A stretch of 64,000 bases of DNA from Glaucostegus cemiculus (lineage: Eukaryota): assembly GCA_976551045.1 (NCBI GenBank), contig CDPCPM010000011.1:11532001-11596000 (forward strand), written 5' to 3'. The first letter of the stretch is position 1, and each line of letters opens with the position of its first letter. Below the pieces are notes generated by a model. That model saw nothing but the letters and a program-made list of their open reading frames with translations. It searched no databases and was not told the DNA's origin. Shown one piece after another: positions 36,801-49,810 of this stretch. The translations under genes were made by a program, and so were the position numbers.

Positions 36801-39800
36801 TAATTTTTAACACTTTTATTTCATTCTTAATAGTTTTTGAATGTCAGGGGCATCCTGAAGCATTTCAAAAGTTTAACAGCATTAAGAGGGGGAAAAATTG
36901 AGATTGGTTCTGTCTTGTCTTCATGCAGTTTCAGAGGCATATTCTGGCCTTTTTCCAGACAGAAGCTGAATTGCTGTTCCTCAGGCTTGCATTGGCCCTC
37001 ATTGTGACTGTGCAGGAGGTCACAGACTAATAAATCAGGGTGGGAATGGAGTCGAGAATTACAGTGGGAGGCAACAGGAAGCTCAGGGTCACTTCTGTGG
37101 TTCCCTGGTCTGCACTTCTGCCTCCATGCAGTCATTGGATTTACGATACCCGTCCAATCACCCCCTGCCCTCCCACCATCCAGGGACACAAACAGGCAGT
37201 GATTCAGTTGTACTTCTTTTGGTTGCACTGCCTTTGATGTTCATGATGTGATCTCCTCTCAGTCTGCAGGAGTGATCCTGAGCTCTCCTATAGGAAGAAG
37301 CTGGCTGAAGGTTCCTTGGATTATTTCATCCATGAGTGGGAATCGTGGTACAGTGGAACAATGCAAAATGATTTTCATGCTTCCCGGGGTCTGTGATGGA
37401 AAACCCTTGGAAAACATTACTCTTTCACAGACTTGCAGATACAAATACACCCAGAACCAGCACAACCTTTAGCTCCATGCATACCCTGCACACACCCCAT
37501 GTTCTGCAACGCTAATCCACCTTGCTGCTCCCTCCACACCTCCAATGACATCTTCATTCAGTGTGGGGAGGAGTCTCAGCTGTTGGTACTGCTGCATACC
37601 CTTTGGTGCCTTGCTCAGTATGAATGTCATGTGTTCTTGGTCAATAAGGTCCTGGTCAATCTTGCCTCCTGCCAGCAGTGAGAGAGGTGGTTCAAGTAGT
37701 AATAATTGCTTCACTGCACTGCAACATTTGATTGTGGATTCGAGAGAATGGTGCAAAGCTGCTGTTATTTGGGCAATAATTCTGTCTGATGGCTGGAACC
37801 ACTGAAGATTTGAGGGTTGAAAGGATTGGGCCTGGGTCTTGATGGATCAGGAATGAACAACAGTTGGGGGAGGGGAAGATGATGTTGAGTGGTAAATGAG
37901 GGGTCAAAGGTGAGTATGGAAATTAAGTAAGTCCCAATCCAGTGACACACTATTAAGAATAAAAACATAAAGTGCTGGAAATACTCAGCAGATCAAGAGA
38001 ATCGGTGGAGAAAGAAACTGACTTAATGTCAGTTACCTTTCATCTTTATTTATACCTGCTTGTCTTGGGAGTGAACAGCCATGGTCACTCCTGGAAAAAT
38101 GTGGTTAAATTTCTTCACAGTGCTCCTCATGAAACTTGTACCAGGCATGCAAGGGTGAATCACTCTGGGAAGTAGCTGATCATTTTTTGTGCTGGTAAAG
38201 AATGAGGTGGAACTGGTTGTTTTACTCTGGTTTCAGCCAATTTTCAGTAGCATTATGCTAGGAAGAAACAACATTCAAGTTTCCATTCTTATGTGTGCTC
38301 GTAGTTTGCTTTGGCCATCAACATTTATTAAGAAATCTACAAGCTCTGTATACTGGATATAAAGTCTCTCAAACAACAGTTCAAACCTTGTAAAAAGTTT
38401 AAAGGCTAAAAGACAGAAGAAAAGAAATAAGCATTAAAAGTTCTTAGGCATGTGATTAAGCACATGATGTTTAATACCACAATTAAATTCTATTTCTATT
38501 CTAGGATGAATTACAAATTCCCATGTATACACTTGGAGGTCTACTTCATTGTAAGACATTGATCCTTACTGCTGCCTATATTAATTATTTGTGGCTATAT
38601 CAAGATTCTCTCTCTATTGTAAGAGAAAAAGAATACACACACAATGCTTTTAGGCACAAAATGGGCAAATAAAACCTTGATTAAGTGAATAATTAGGTGC
38701 TGTACTAAACTACTTAAGCTGAATGGATGTGCTGATTAATTACAACAGGAAGTATTGTAAAGCCATTGGCCAACTGCTGGGTGATTCCTGTCAGATGTTC
38801 TGGGAACTATTTGAGCTGGACCTGAAATGCACATCATTCTGTACAAGTACCCAGCCTCAATTAGCATCTGTAATTCAGATTGAAAACAATCCTCCATTTC
38901 TCATTATAAGATGAAAGTGTTTTTAAACCAGTAGTAATTTCACTGCTGTGAAGAAGCCACTTCCCATTCATGGAGCCTGATCAGGAGCAAGACAATAGGA
39001 TTGTTTGGAACAGAGCAGCAGGACATAGCTGTTCTGTACCAGCTAAATTGTGGGTGAAAGAGGATAATGGGAGATTGATTAAGGTTAATTGACTTATTTT
39101 TGCAGGTCACACAGCTCAGCGCTGCCTCACACTGTGGGTTGTTACAGTCGAATGCATAATATCACAAGCAATAAATCAAACAGCATAGGGAGATTCTGTA
39201 TTCTTTCCCAAAATTGCTGGCCTCAGTTGGCTTTTGTTTCAGAGTTGCTCCTGCCTACTGCTTTCCAGTTCAGTGGTTTTCTATTTTAAGTGTGACATTT
39301 AATTGCCACAGTCAAAAGCTCTTTTTAAACTTGCCAGCAAAGTTAACTGTTTCTGGTAAATTACCATTATATACTCTCACAGACACTTAATCTGCATCAG
39401 CAATTTTTTCTTGATCGGGCAACAATAACTGTAGCCTGTTTTCCAACTGCCTTTGTACTTGTAATGCAAGATCAGTTAAAGATCTCTGCATATTGTAAAT
39501 CTTAAAAAAAAACAACTTTGAAAAGAGTTTTAGGGACAAAAGTACATCAATTAACAAATAAGCCTGTTGTGTACACACTAGCTTGTTGCTGCTATTTCAC
39601 TGACAGCCAATTTCAAAAGGGTCCAGTGATTATACAATTGTACACAGTTGTGGGAGCTGAAGGAGAGTTCTAACAATGGGATCAAGTGGACAACTAAGGA
39701 GCAAAGGAATAGAATTTTATTTTTGCCATTTTCATTGGAGATATCAGAGCAATTTATCATTTAAAAGGGTATTTTGAGGATATTTTGACAGGATTAAGCT

Positions 39801-40809
39801 TCCTTTTATAGCAAATAAAAAAGGCAGAAGTCTTTTATATTGTTAGCAGGGATCCCTATTTCAAGAATGACAGCAGACTGATTGGTTTTGGTAACACAGT
39901 GATGAAACACAATGATGATTGTTCAGCCACATCATTACTTTCAATTTATATCAGGAGCATGGCACAACTTCGAACTCTGTGGATTCTTGAGTTATTGAAG
40001 CGACTTTAATTTGCAACCTAATATCCTGGATGATTCCTGGAGTATTTCACGATGTAATTTTGAGAAGAAGCATATCCAAAATATATTTCCAAACCATAAT
40101 GAAATAAGACTAGAAAGCCTGTTCCTTGTAATTGTGCATAAAAACACACTCAGACATATGCTGTTTTAGCCCATCCCCAACACTGCAGTGGCATACTTGA
40201 GCACTTGATACCCTGAAACCTGTCAATCAATATACTTGCTGGAGAATGAGTCTAAAAATCTGCTCCCCAAGTAGTTCAAATTCTGATAATCATTTTCCAC
40301 AATCTACAGTTGTGCTTAATTTCTTGATGTTTGTTTACAAAATATATATTTTTAACAGCTCCTTTTAAGGTAACTTACTTCAGCTTGCAGTCGATACAAA
40401 CAAAATGATTGTTCCACAATATCCCAACAGACCTAAGGGGTTAATTTATAGTAGGCTCTGCACTTGAGTTTGTTGTATACCTTATTCTGTTCCTGCTTAA
40501 CCAAAGTGTTTTACAATTAAAATTATTTTCAGGTCAATATCTGCTGCTGATATTCCATTTATCTCAGTTTTCGCTGAACTCTTGCCCCTTTGTTATATGT
40601 TGTGATGCAGAGCCTGTTGTATCACCTTGCACAGAAGGGAAAGACTGCATGTAATAGCAACAAGATAAATTCTATTTTCAGTAGGAAGATAAAGTCTTGA
40701 GGAGAGTGGGTTAAAGTATTAAGACTGGGTGTGGGGTGTCACTAAGGACATATCTGAGTGCCTACTTGATCAATTCCACTGGAATCCATAATGTCATGCA
40801 GTATAGAAA

Positions 40810-41055
40810 CATCAAGTCTATACCAACCATCGAGCACCTATTTACACCAATCCTAAAATACAATAATGTTTTTCTCCCCACATTCTCATTACCTTCCCAT
40901 TCACTCCCCTTCCCCCAGATTCTACCACTCACCTACACACGAACCGCAATTTACAGCAGCTGAGAAACCTACAAACCTGCATGTCTTTGGGACGTGGGTG
41001 GAAATGGAGCACCTCAAGGAAACCCATGCAGACACAGAGAATATGCAAACTTCAC
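40810..41055 (-). mobile_element. V-SINE partial copy
   Basis: gcatgtctttgggacgtgggtggaaatggagcacctcaaggaaacccatgcagacacagagaatatgcaaactt is the reverse complement of the V-domain. Confidence 0.8.
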
Positions 41056-42819
41056 CCAGCCACCTAGCTAATATCAGGTGTGGTGACAGGTGTTGATGAG
41101 TAAAGAAAGGAGAGGAGATAGAATTAAGGTTCTGGAAATTATGTGCTAGGAGGCCCCATCTATTTAAACAATTTTATGCTTACAAGAACCTGATGCATAC
41201 AATGTAGAAAGAAACAAACCTCTTTTGTGTGGGCAATCAGGAGGCATTGGAAGATATTAAAGGAGGTCACTGGCCCCTGAGGCGATTATTGATGGGATTT
41301 GTTTCCAACCTTCTGATAGCCTGAGTGTAATATATCTCTAAGGTGGGCTTTGGAAACTGTTGGAGTGCATGTAAGTTCGACTTAATAACTGTTACAGGTC
41401 ACAGGTTTTTAAAACAACACAGTTTATTGCATTTCTAACAGCAAGGAACTCACTACACCTGGCACTTTCTTCAAAGTATATGTGTTTACATCACTATGTC
41501 CTCTGACCACATGACTTATTTACATTAAATAAATACACCATGTGGTGCACCTTCTTTCTGTGCCTTGTCCCTTATGGGCTTGTGAGGCAGTTCTCTCTGT
41601 GTAGGGAATACCTGGCCTGGCCCCATTACACATCCTATGTAAATGACATGGCTGGAGACTACAAGGCTGGGCAGGAATTTCTATTGAAGACAAGGTTTTC
41701 TACTTATTCCAAGCTTTAATGGATTTGAAACAATCAGAGAAACTCAGTACCATTAAAATAGGACATCAGGACAAAGAAACAAGACAGGAATGGAAAAGTT
41801 TTCCAGCATAATTAGTTTGGCCAGATTGCAGCCTACTGCAAGTTTAGTTTGTTTTGCATCTATGTTACACTCGAATGAAGGGCTTAACACATGCCAGTTT
41901 CTACTCCGTTCTTTTTCTCAATTAACAATTAATATGTCACTAACTAATCCCTTTCTGAACTTTGATGAGCTTTATTACTAATAATCTTATGCATTTTCAC
42001 CCATTGTGATAACATTTTAAGCTAAAGGTAAAGAGAAACAGCCAAGCATTTCCTATAATCTTCTGGCAGAAATCAGGTCAAGTTATTAATTCAATCATCA
42101 AAATGTGAATTTGAATAATTGTTCCAACCAACTTTGCATTCATAATGAAGTAATCCCCAAGAATTTAAGATTTAGTCATACAGGAAACAATTCGAGGATC
42201 GACAACTTTCAAAATCCCAGATAATGTTTTATTTCTTTGCAAGTGGATTTCCTTAAGGAAAAAAAAATTCTCCCTCTGTGAAATACTTTACGCAGTTTGA
42301 AATAGTGCAGAAAGATTCCATTGTGAGAAGGTAGATTTTAAAAGGGACAACCTCAACTAAACCCATTTAAGACTACTCTAGTGACCATAACTCTCCCACA
42401 AACTTGAAAATGCTACACTACGGGAAAAACAAAATCTGCAGTGAGCAAAACAATGCCCAAATTGCACTGCAGTAACAAAGAGGCCAGTCAGGATAAAAGG
42501 ACTGGTGAGGCAGGAGGGCAGTGAGGAGGGAGGTTAAATTTATTTTCTTGCAATAAATACAGAATTAAACCTTTTGAACACCCATGGCAACAAAATGAGA
42601 CAATAAAAGGCAGGAAAGACAAAACAGAAAGAGTTAAGTGGTATCCATTTGGAAAGAAAAAGGATGAGACAGCATTTGAGTGGTCATTAACCTCAGCCCT
42701 ACTTGACACATACAGCATTGGAGATTGCATCATTTAGAGATTTAATGTATTCAGTCAACCATTAGCTTCTTTTATTCTATACTTGCTGATGCCTTACTTT
42801 TGAAAAAAATTGAAGTACA

Positions 42820-42925
42820 GTGGTCTCTGAGCCAGAAGGTTATGGGTTCAAGACTCGGTACAGAACACACATATCTTAGCTGACTCTCTAGTGCAGTGCT
42901 GAAGTACTGTGGCAATGTTAAAAGC
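42820..42925 (+). mobile_element. Deu-domain SINE head fragment
   Basis: ctctgagccagaaggttatgggttcaag...gctgactctctagtgcagtgctgaagtactgtg with a B-box-like ggttcaagact. Confidence 0.55.
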
Positions 42926-43418
42926 ACCAAAAGAGACAAGAAAATTACATTGCTATCACTGAATGTCACAAAAAACTGCAGCTGTTCTTAATATCATATT
43001 AGCAAGAATTCACTTAAAGGACTAGGATCAGACATATGTGATCCTAGCTCTCAATTTGGGATAAAGAATCTCTTCCTTAACCCTGACTCCCTGTCACTTG
43101 AAAAACCATCTGCAAAGATGGATGTAGGGATTCCTTCATGGAAGCCAGCATATGGTCACTGAGCATACATCTGGTCAGGCAAACCTATCCACTGGAGGAC
43201 ACAAGACACCCTATTGTTCATGATGTCTATAACAAGGCATCAGAAGGCTGCACTCTCAACAAGCAACCCAGGCTGTGCCAACAGCTTTCAGTACATCTGG
43301 CCTGCTGAATTATAGGAGTCTCATACTGAGACCCTGGGTAGGAATTGGGCTTCTGGCTCAGTCTGGGACTGAGGTCAGAGGTATTTGGAAGTGGTGGGGA
43401 AGTGGAGTTGTTTGGGAA

Positions 43419-43827
43419 TGTCACAATGTTGATTGAAGAGCAAGATCACAGAGAACCCAAATGCAGCACACTGGTACAAGACTGGAGTCAGGATACTTCC
43501 TCAGGACCAGACACAGGCAACACTGGAAGGAAATCGTGCCTCAGAGATCTGAGTAGTAATCCCAACACGAACTGAATCTTCAAGCAGGACTAGAAAACAC
43601 AGGACTGCTCTGGAGTAGACCACTCTAAGTAGCTAGGAGTCAAACTGAATCTTCAAGGCTGACCAATCCTCTGGCAACTAGTGCTAGAGAAACCCAGGTA
43701 CTTATGCTAGGCCCCTGATGGGGCTCAGGTGTGTGTCATTATGCAATCAGTCCAGCATGGAATCCATGTGCTGTACAACGAGGCATCTAAGGAACCAATT
43801 CAAGGGCCAGTACTCAGAATCATGACA
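43419..43827 (-). mobile_element. Solo LTR (Gypsy-like), 409 bp, TSD GGGAA
   Basis: TGTCA...TGACA termini. GGGAA at 43414-43418 and 43828-43832. About 19 substitutions and no indels versus 20824-21232. Confidence 0.92.
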
Positions 43828-44929
43828 GGGAAAGCTATACTGCCAGCTTGGTATAACTGTCATGAACTTCCTGTCAACTATAGTCCTTCATTGAAACAAA
43901 ACGCAGATTTGATTTGCTGCTATTTCTCACGTCCATTAAAATTGAAGAAACTTGAATCAGGATGGAGATCACATCCCAATAAAATGTTATTTAAATGCAT
44001 TAACTTTGATGAGCAATGAGATATTCAAGATGGCAGTATGAACAATACATTTAGAGAGGGTTAAGCAAAAAAATAACCACTGAAAAGATACTTGAAACAA
44101 AGTTCTGAAGCCAATGAAAATTAAGCAAATTCTTCAGACTATTCTCTTGCTCTGTACCTATCTTATAAGTTGAGAATGTGTAAATAACTCCCATGCCAAT
44201 ATCAATAAGGCAATTAATAGGTAAAACAATTCGCCCCAGTAAAATGAACCCTTTGCTTTCCCCCTGCCTAAGTAGTGAAACTCCATGGTTTTTTTTCATT
44301 TTCTGGCAGCAGTGTCACTCAAATTATCACCTTAGCAGAGATAAGGACAAGTCAGCCTGTGTTCTAACACTGTTGAATGTTTTGCTGTTCCAATTCCATG
44401 TAGTCATTTGAATTCAATCTTTTTATGCAATTCAAATGCACAAGTTCAATTAAGTAAGTAAAATACAAGTGTTTCAAATCTGGGAAAAGATCAAATGGGA
44501 GATTTCTAACCAATAAATACAACTGACCACATTAAAACTTACCTCCTTCATAATGAACCATGGCAATATAATCAACTATGGCAAAAAATAGGAATTGGCA
44601 AATCAGAAGCCTACCAAAAGCCTGAATTCAGGAAAAGTTGCATGGACAAAAGCCAATGCAACAATCCTTTCCATGTCATGTGCTCATTCTAAATTTGGAT
44701 CCAACATGTTTCCAACTTTTGTTTGCCCACTTGATAAAGCTCTCCAGTTGTTCCTAGGTTCACTTGTCTTCCTGGTTACTCTCTGGACAATTCAATTTAT
44801 TGAGTATGAAGTTGCCTTCATATAAATGGAGATTTTATGTATTTTTACAACTATGTTGGTCCATGAGCTGTGTACAAGATTGAATCTGGCAATATGATAA
44901 AAACCATCTGCATTCAAATGAAATACATA

Positions 44930-45065
44930 CTAACTGCAAAAAACAAACTGCTGGAAGAATTCAGCAGGTCGTGTGGCAGCTGTAGAGGGAAATGGATGAT
45001 TGTCATTTCAGATTGACATCCTTAGTCTGGACCAGATAAAGGGTCTCGACCCAAAGCATCAACAG
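44930..45065. mobile_element. Penelope-derived fold-back element, right arm truncated
   Basis: aaactgctggaagaattcagcaggtc...tgtagagggaaatgga and centre ccagataaagggtctcgacccaaagc (decayed hammerhead-like core). Confidence 0.7.
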
Positions 45066-48000
45066 AATCAGTCTAGTGAATTTGGATACTTTTATTAACA
45101 TCCTGCCCAAACTGTTCTACCTTTAACATTTTTGTATCTTGAATCAATAAAAATGAATAAATGCAGCAAAGGAAGAATATACAATTACATTCATAAAGTT
45201 ATTGAGCCAGTCCCAGCGAACTTCACATCAGCTTGAAGTAGAGAAAGCTAAAGAATTTAGAAAAGATTAATAATATCAGAAGTTCAAAAACCGATGTGCT
45301 ATCTCAGGAGGCATTCAAAGTGTATCAAAGGGCGCTAATTCTGATTTCCTATCTACTTTTAAACCCATTCTTTTAGCGTTCTAACTATTCAACGTGTTTC
45401 GGGATTTACTTCTTCCTTTCACAGAAATAATACACCATTTCCTTTTGCATCAGTTACATAGGACAATCAACATCATTCTTTTCTGAAGCTGTTTCCATTG
45501 CTTGATTTATATGTGTAGATTGTAAAAAAATTTGAGCATTTAGTTCCTGGAGCAGAGATCGCAGTTTACTGTATGAACGTAAATATTAATTTATTTATTT
45601 GACACAATGTTTTGCAATGTGCACTAATGTTGCAGATCCTTTTGAGTTTAAAAACTGATTGTACACTTAAGGGGGCAAAATGGTGCTCTGAACATAAATA
45701 AACTGGTTTAACAACCTTCGTTGGGCTCAGTATAAAACAAAGGACATAAAGCAATGAACTTATGTTTATACCCCTAGAAGGTAAACAACTTATTATCCCA
45801 AGATTGTTTACCTTGATAAATGATTTCCCATTTGAGAGGTGAATGGTACTCTGCCATCATATGTGACACATCTGAGCTTTCAGTTGAACATTACCTGAGT
45901 AATTGGCAGTAAGAAATGGAAGACAAGCATAGAAACGGAAGTCAGAGTAGATTAAGCATCATTAATGGATTACGTTAGGTAATCCAGGTCGCCACAAACC
46001 ACACAAGGTAAGTAAATATCCAGGTAATTGGACATGACTCTACTAATGTAGAATTAAGTCAGTTTTAAATAATTTAGCAAACCAACTTTTCACCTTTCCT
46101 TAAATCTATGCACCCACTTCCCAAAGGATTTGTTGAAGATGCTGGAGAAACTACTCTATTCTCTATCCGTGTAAGTGTAATGGATCTTATGTGAAGTTCT
46201 TACAGATAGTCTAACATGATGCGTTTCTCCTATGTTTTCATAGTGTTGCTCAATTTTTATAGTGTACATGTTGCATTCCCCTCATCCACCCACCCCTCCC
46301 TTCCCCTCCCCAATCCCAATGCAAATTCAGAGGCCTTGAAGAAGCAACATTAAACTCACAGTTTCTATGCCTTGAAGTTATGTTGTAGTTTGCAGAAAGG
46401 ACGTGTAAAGTAACATGATTGTGAGGCTCCAACCCTACATATTGCAATGAACCATGAATTTCCAACTTTACCTTAAAGTAGTGCAATTGGATACTGCAGC
46501 ATGTGTTCTGCCAATATTAGTCCTGACAGTGACTGAATTGAGTATTTTTGTTTGGAATTTTCAGTTTTATAAACCCAAATTTGGTCAAACTAGTAGATAA
46601 TTAGGTGATATATTTTTCAGGTTTCAGAATCAAGTCAAATCAAGCTATGTTTCCTGAAACATAACTTACTGAATTCACGTGTTCAGAATATGTTGCAGAA
46701 AAGTACCTCAAACAACTGGCTGTTTGAATGTTCTATTTAATTGTTTTGTTTCTCCAATGTGCCAGTGAAGTGTCTTGTGTGGATCTGGCCACAGTTCAGT
46801 GACTTCAGACCCCTGAAGTAACCTTAATAATATCACAACCTTTATTTATAGTTTCAAGGAAGCTCAAATAAATCAGCACGTCATTATTAATACTGACAAA
46901 TCACTCCAACCTGAAACAAGATAGGTCATTAAATGCTTGGCAATAAAAACATGAAGGCTAGCCACTTGGTTAGAGTAAAAAAATAAAAATAAGGTCATTG
47001 ATTTAGTAACTGAACTGGATGGTACAAAATTAGCTGTAAAAGAACCTTGTACTTAATTGGTGTTTTATTGTGATTTGCCAGCCTTCACTTTGACTAACAA
47101 CTTGATGGGACAATACCTTTATCGGTCTGATTCCAGTTCAAGGTTGCAGCTTCAATTATCCATGATGAATATTTTTTAAATTGTGGATTCTTGTTATCCA
47201 AGTGTACTGCATAATTACATTCACTTGAGATTAATTCAAGGTTTCATGCAATATAATTACTACATACATTTTTTTCTGCAAAATGGCAGATGGATATGCT
47301 TTAAAGATAAAAATGTAGTGTATAGAGTTTTTAATTTTCAATCTTATTTTAACTATCTACATTAAAGAACTGAGGAATTTGCTGAGATGATGTGATTGTG
47401 AACCATGGCTTATATGTTTTAACTTAATAATAATTTATGACTCCATTTGATATTCAGTTAGCTGAAAAAAGCATTGATATAAATACAGAGACAACACTTA
47501 TATCATTTCCAACCCCCTCCAATGATTCAATGATTCACTGCATTTCCATTTGGAAATTCATGGTTTTTATTTTTATACTGATATTGGTTTGCAATAAATA
47601 TTTTTTTGGAGTTTACATTTGCCTTGTAAATTGCTCATCAAAAGAATGTGAGTGAACTGGAAGAAGGCCAAGAGAGAGATATTGAAAATCACAATGATTG
47701 TGAGTTTCTTCTTTCCATTGGAGTAATTTATTTGTGTTGTATTAAATAAATGTCTTCAAAACTATTTCAAAACTTCATGAGGCTCAAAAAACTCCAGCAC
47801 TATTTCTTACATACTTAATTTGTAGCCCAATTTTTTAATTTACATAGCAAGATTGGCGATGATATTCCCGACTATCATCTACCAAGACTTGCCACACCAT
47901 TCTTACCTGCAGCTTAATTTGAAAACTGACAACTTTCTCCTCATCCTCCGCCAGTGCCATACTATCAAAGGGTTACTTGTATGTTTATTTTATTCAAGGC

Positions 48001-48319
48001 CTGAGTTTTTGGCATGTGTGCTTCTACTAACCCCTCTGTAAAACATATTGGAGTAATGTTATCCATACTTAGCTTTTGCAAAGCACTTCATCAGGTTCTG
48101 AGTTTGACAAAAGCATTATATAAATCCAAGTTCTTCTTTTGAAAGCATTACATTAGTGCAAATTGCTACTCAGTTATGTCCTCTGTCTTCAGTGTGAAAC
48201 TAAATAAATGCAAACCCAGGCCAGCTTGAATAACTCGCTCCTTCCATGTGATAAATTGATCGTTGCTGCAATGCACAATTTAAAATAGGGTATGAATTTT
48301 GAGAGTGCCTACTGTAAGA

Positions 48320-49370
48320 ACTCCATTCTTTTCACCCAGTTCCTCTGTTCCAATGTATCTACTCTGATGTTGTTTTTTTTTTCTACAGAGGTGCCTCTGA
48401 GATGTCTTCCTTTATCCTGAACCATGGCTTCCCTTCTACCATTTTTCACAGGGGCCTTGTCCCCATCTCATCTATTCTCCATTCCTTAGTTCTCACCCTT
48501 TTTCCTTATGGTTAGAGCAAGGATAGAGTCCCCCTGGTCCCCACCTTCCATCCCACTAGATTCGATGTTCAATGGATTATACTTAACAATTTTTGCCATC
48601 TTTGATGAGATTCCATGACGAGACACATCTTCTCCTCCCATCCTCTTTTGATGTTCCAATGGAACCATTTCCCTCATGAATCCCCAGTCCGCTTTTTCAT
48701 TTCCGCCCACCATTTCCCGTTTCATGGCACTTTTCCATCCAGACTCCAGGAAATGCAACACCTGCTCTTTAATCTCATCACTTCCAGTGGTCCAGAGACC
48801 AAACAGATCTTCCAGCTGAAGAACTGTTTGGTCTCCAGATCATGCACTCCTTCTATTCTAAGGTACTGTACTTGGTGCTCACAAAGTAGTCTCTTCTACA
48901 ATGGAGAAACCAAACACAGATTGGGTGACCGCTTTGTGGAGGACCTTTGTTCGGTCTGCGGAAATATCTCTGAGTTTCCTTGGCCCTTCCCTTTAATTCT
49001 CCATCTCACTCCCACTCTGATTTATCCATTTGTGGCTTCCTGCACTGGTTCAACGTGGTGCAGTATAATCTTGAAGTACAGTAATTCATCTTGAACTGAA
49101 ATATTAATTCTGATTTTCTTTCCACAGATAGATCCTGACCTGTTGAGTGCTTCCAGCATTTTCAGCATCTCATCTTCTATCTGGACACACTATAGTCTTT
49201 GAGACTCAATATCTGTTTCAATAATTTCAGGTCACTAACTTTCACCGTTTGCATCAGAACTGGTCAGTTCTGCTGTAGTTATCCTTCTGTTATATTAACT
49301 CAGTTTTTGCCCTCCCCTCACAACTTTCACTGCCTGATCTGCTGAGCATTTCCTACAGCTCTGACCTGCA
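48320..49370 (+). mobile_element. Penelope-like retroelement remnant (GIY-YIG endonuclease region plus terminal repeat)
   Basis: ORF 48615-49094 contains RYCTWCSQSSLFYNGETKHRLGDRFVEDL (~YCI.C..C.L.YIGET.R.L..RF.EHL). It is followed at ~49095 by ttccacagatagatcctgacctgttgagtgcttccagcatttt, the same motif as the fold-back arms. Confidence 0.85.
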
Positions 49371-49671
49371 CTGTCTTCTTGTTCTCTAATCAACACATTA
49401 ATCTATCAACAAAATGTCTTCATCACTTTACGATCATGGCTATCTGAGGGATTCATGGATTTGCAGAGAGGCAATTGTTGAATATCTAAAATAAGTTACA
49501 ATTAATTTAGCTGAACATTTTTCTCTCAAACTGGTCATTTACTAATGAGTAGACAGCAGGCAGAGATCAGTAGTATGACCATAAATGGAAATTATGTAAG
49601 AGGCAAATAAGTTCTTGGCACTTATGCTCATTGAAACTATAAGGTATAATTCAATAATTTAAAGTAAATCA

Positions 49672-49810
49672 AACTCAGAAATATTGCAGATGCTGGAAAT
49701 CTGAAATAATAATTAATGAAGGGTCTCAGAGTTGAAACATTAACTGTGATACTCTTTCCACAGATGCTGCCTGACTGGCTGAATGTTGCCAGCATTTTTT
49801 GTTGTTTTAT
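49672..49810. mobile_element. Penelope-derived fold-back fragment
   Basis: tgcagatgctggaaatctgaaata, then atgaagggtctcagagttgaaacattaac...ccacagatgctgcctgactggctgaatgttgccagcatttt. Confidence 0.75.

Noticed and set aside
37250-37900. Cluster of overlapping ORFs; possible L1/Tx1 or Harbinger remnant
   Set aside because: Only a vague Cys-pattern resemblance, and I could not confirm any diagnostic motif.
40379-40432. Possible 54-nt minus-strand exon (ccccttag ... GAA|gtaagt)
   Set aside because: Weak polypyrimidine tract and no recognisable peptide in either open frame.
41370-41632. Possible additional solo LTR (TGTAA...ACA, minus-strand AATAAA)
   Set aside because: No TSD, no second copy in the window and ambiguous ends.
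20824-43827. One giant 23-kb LTR element bounded by the two 409-bp repeats
   Set aside because: Each repeat has its own flanking 5-bp TSD (GTATC versus GGGAA), and the first sits inside a Rex1 LINE that continues on both sides.
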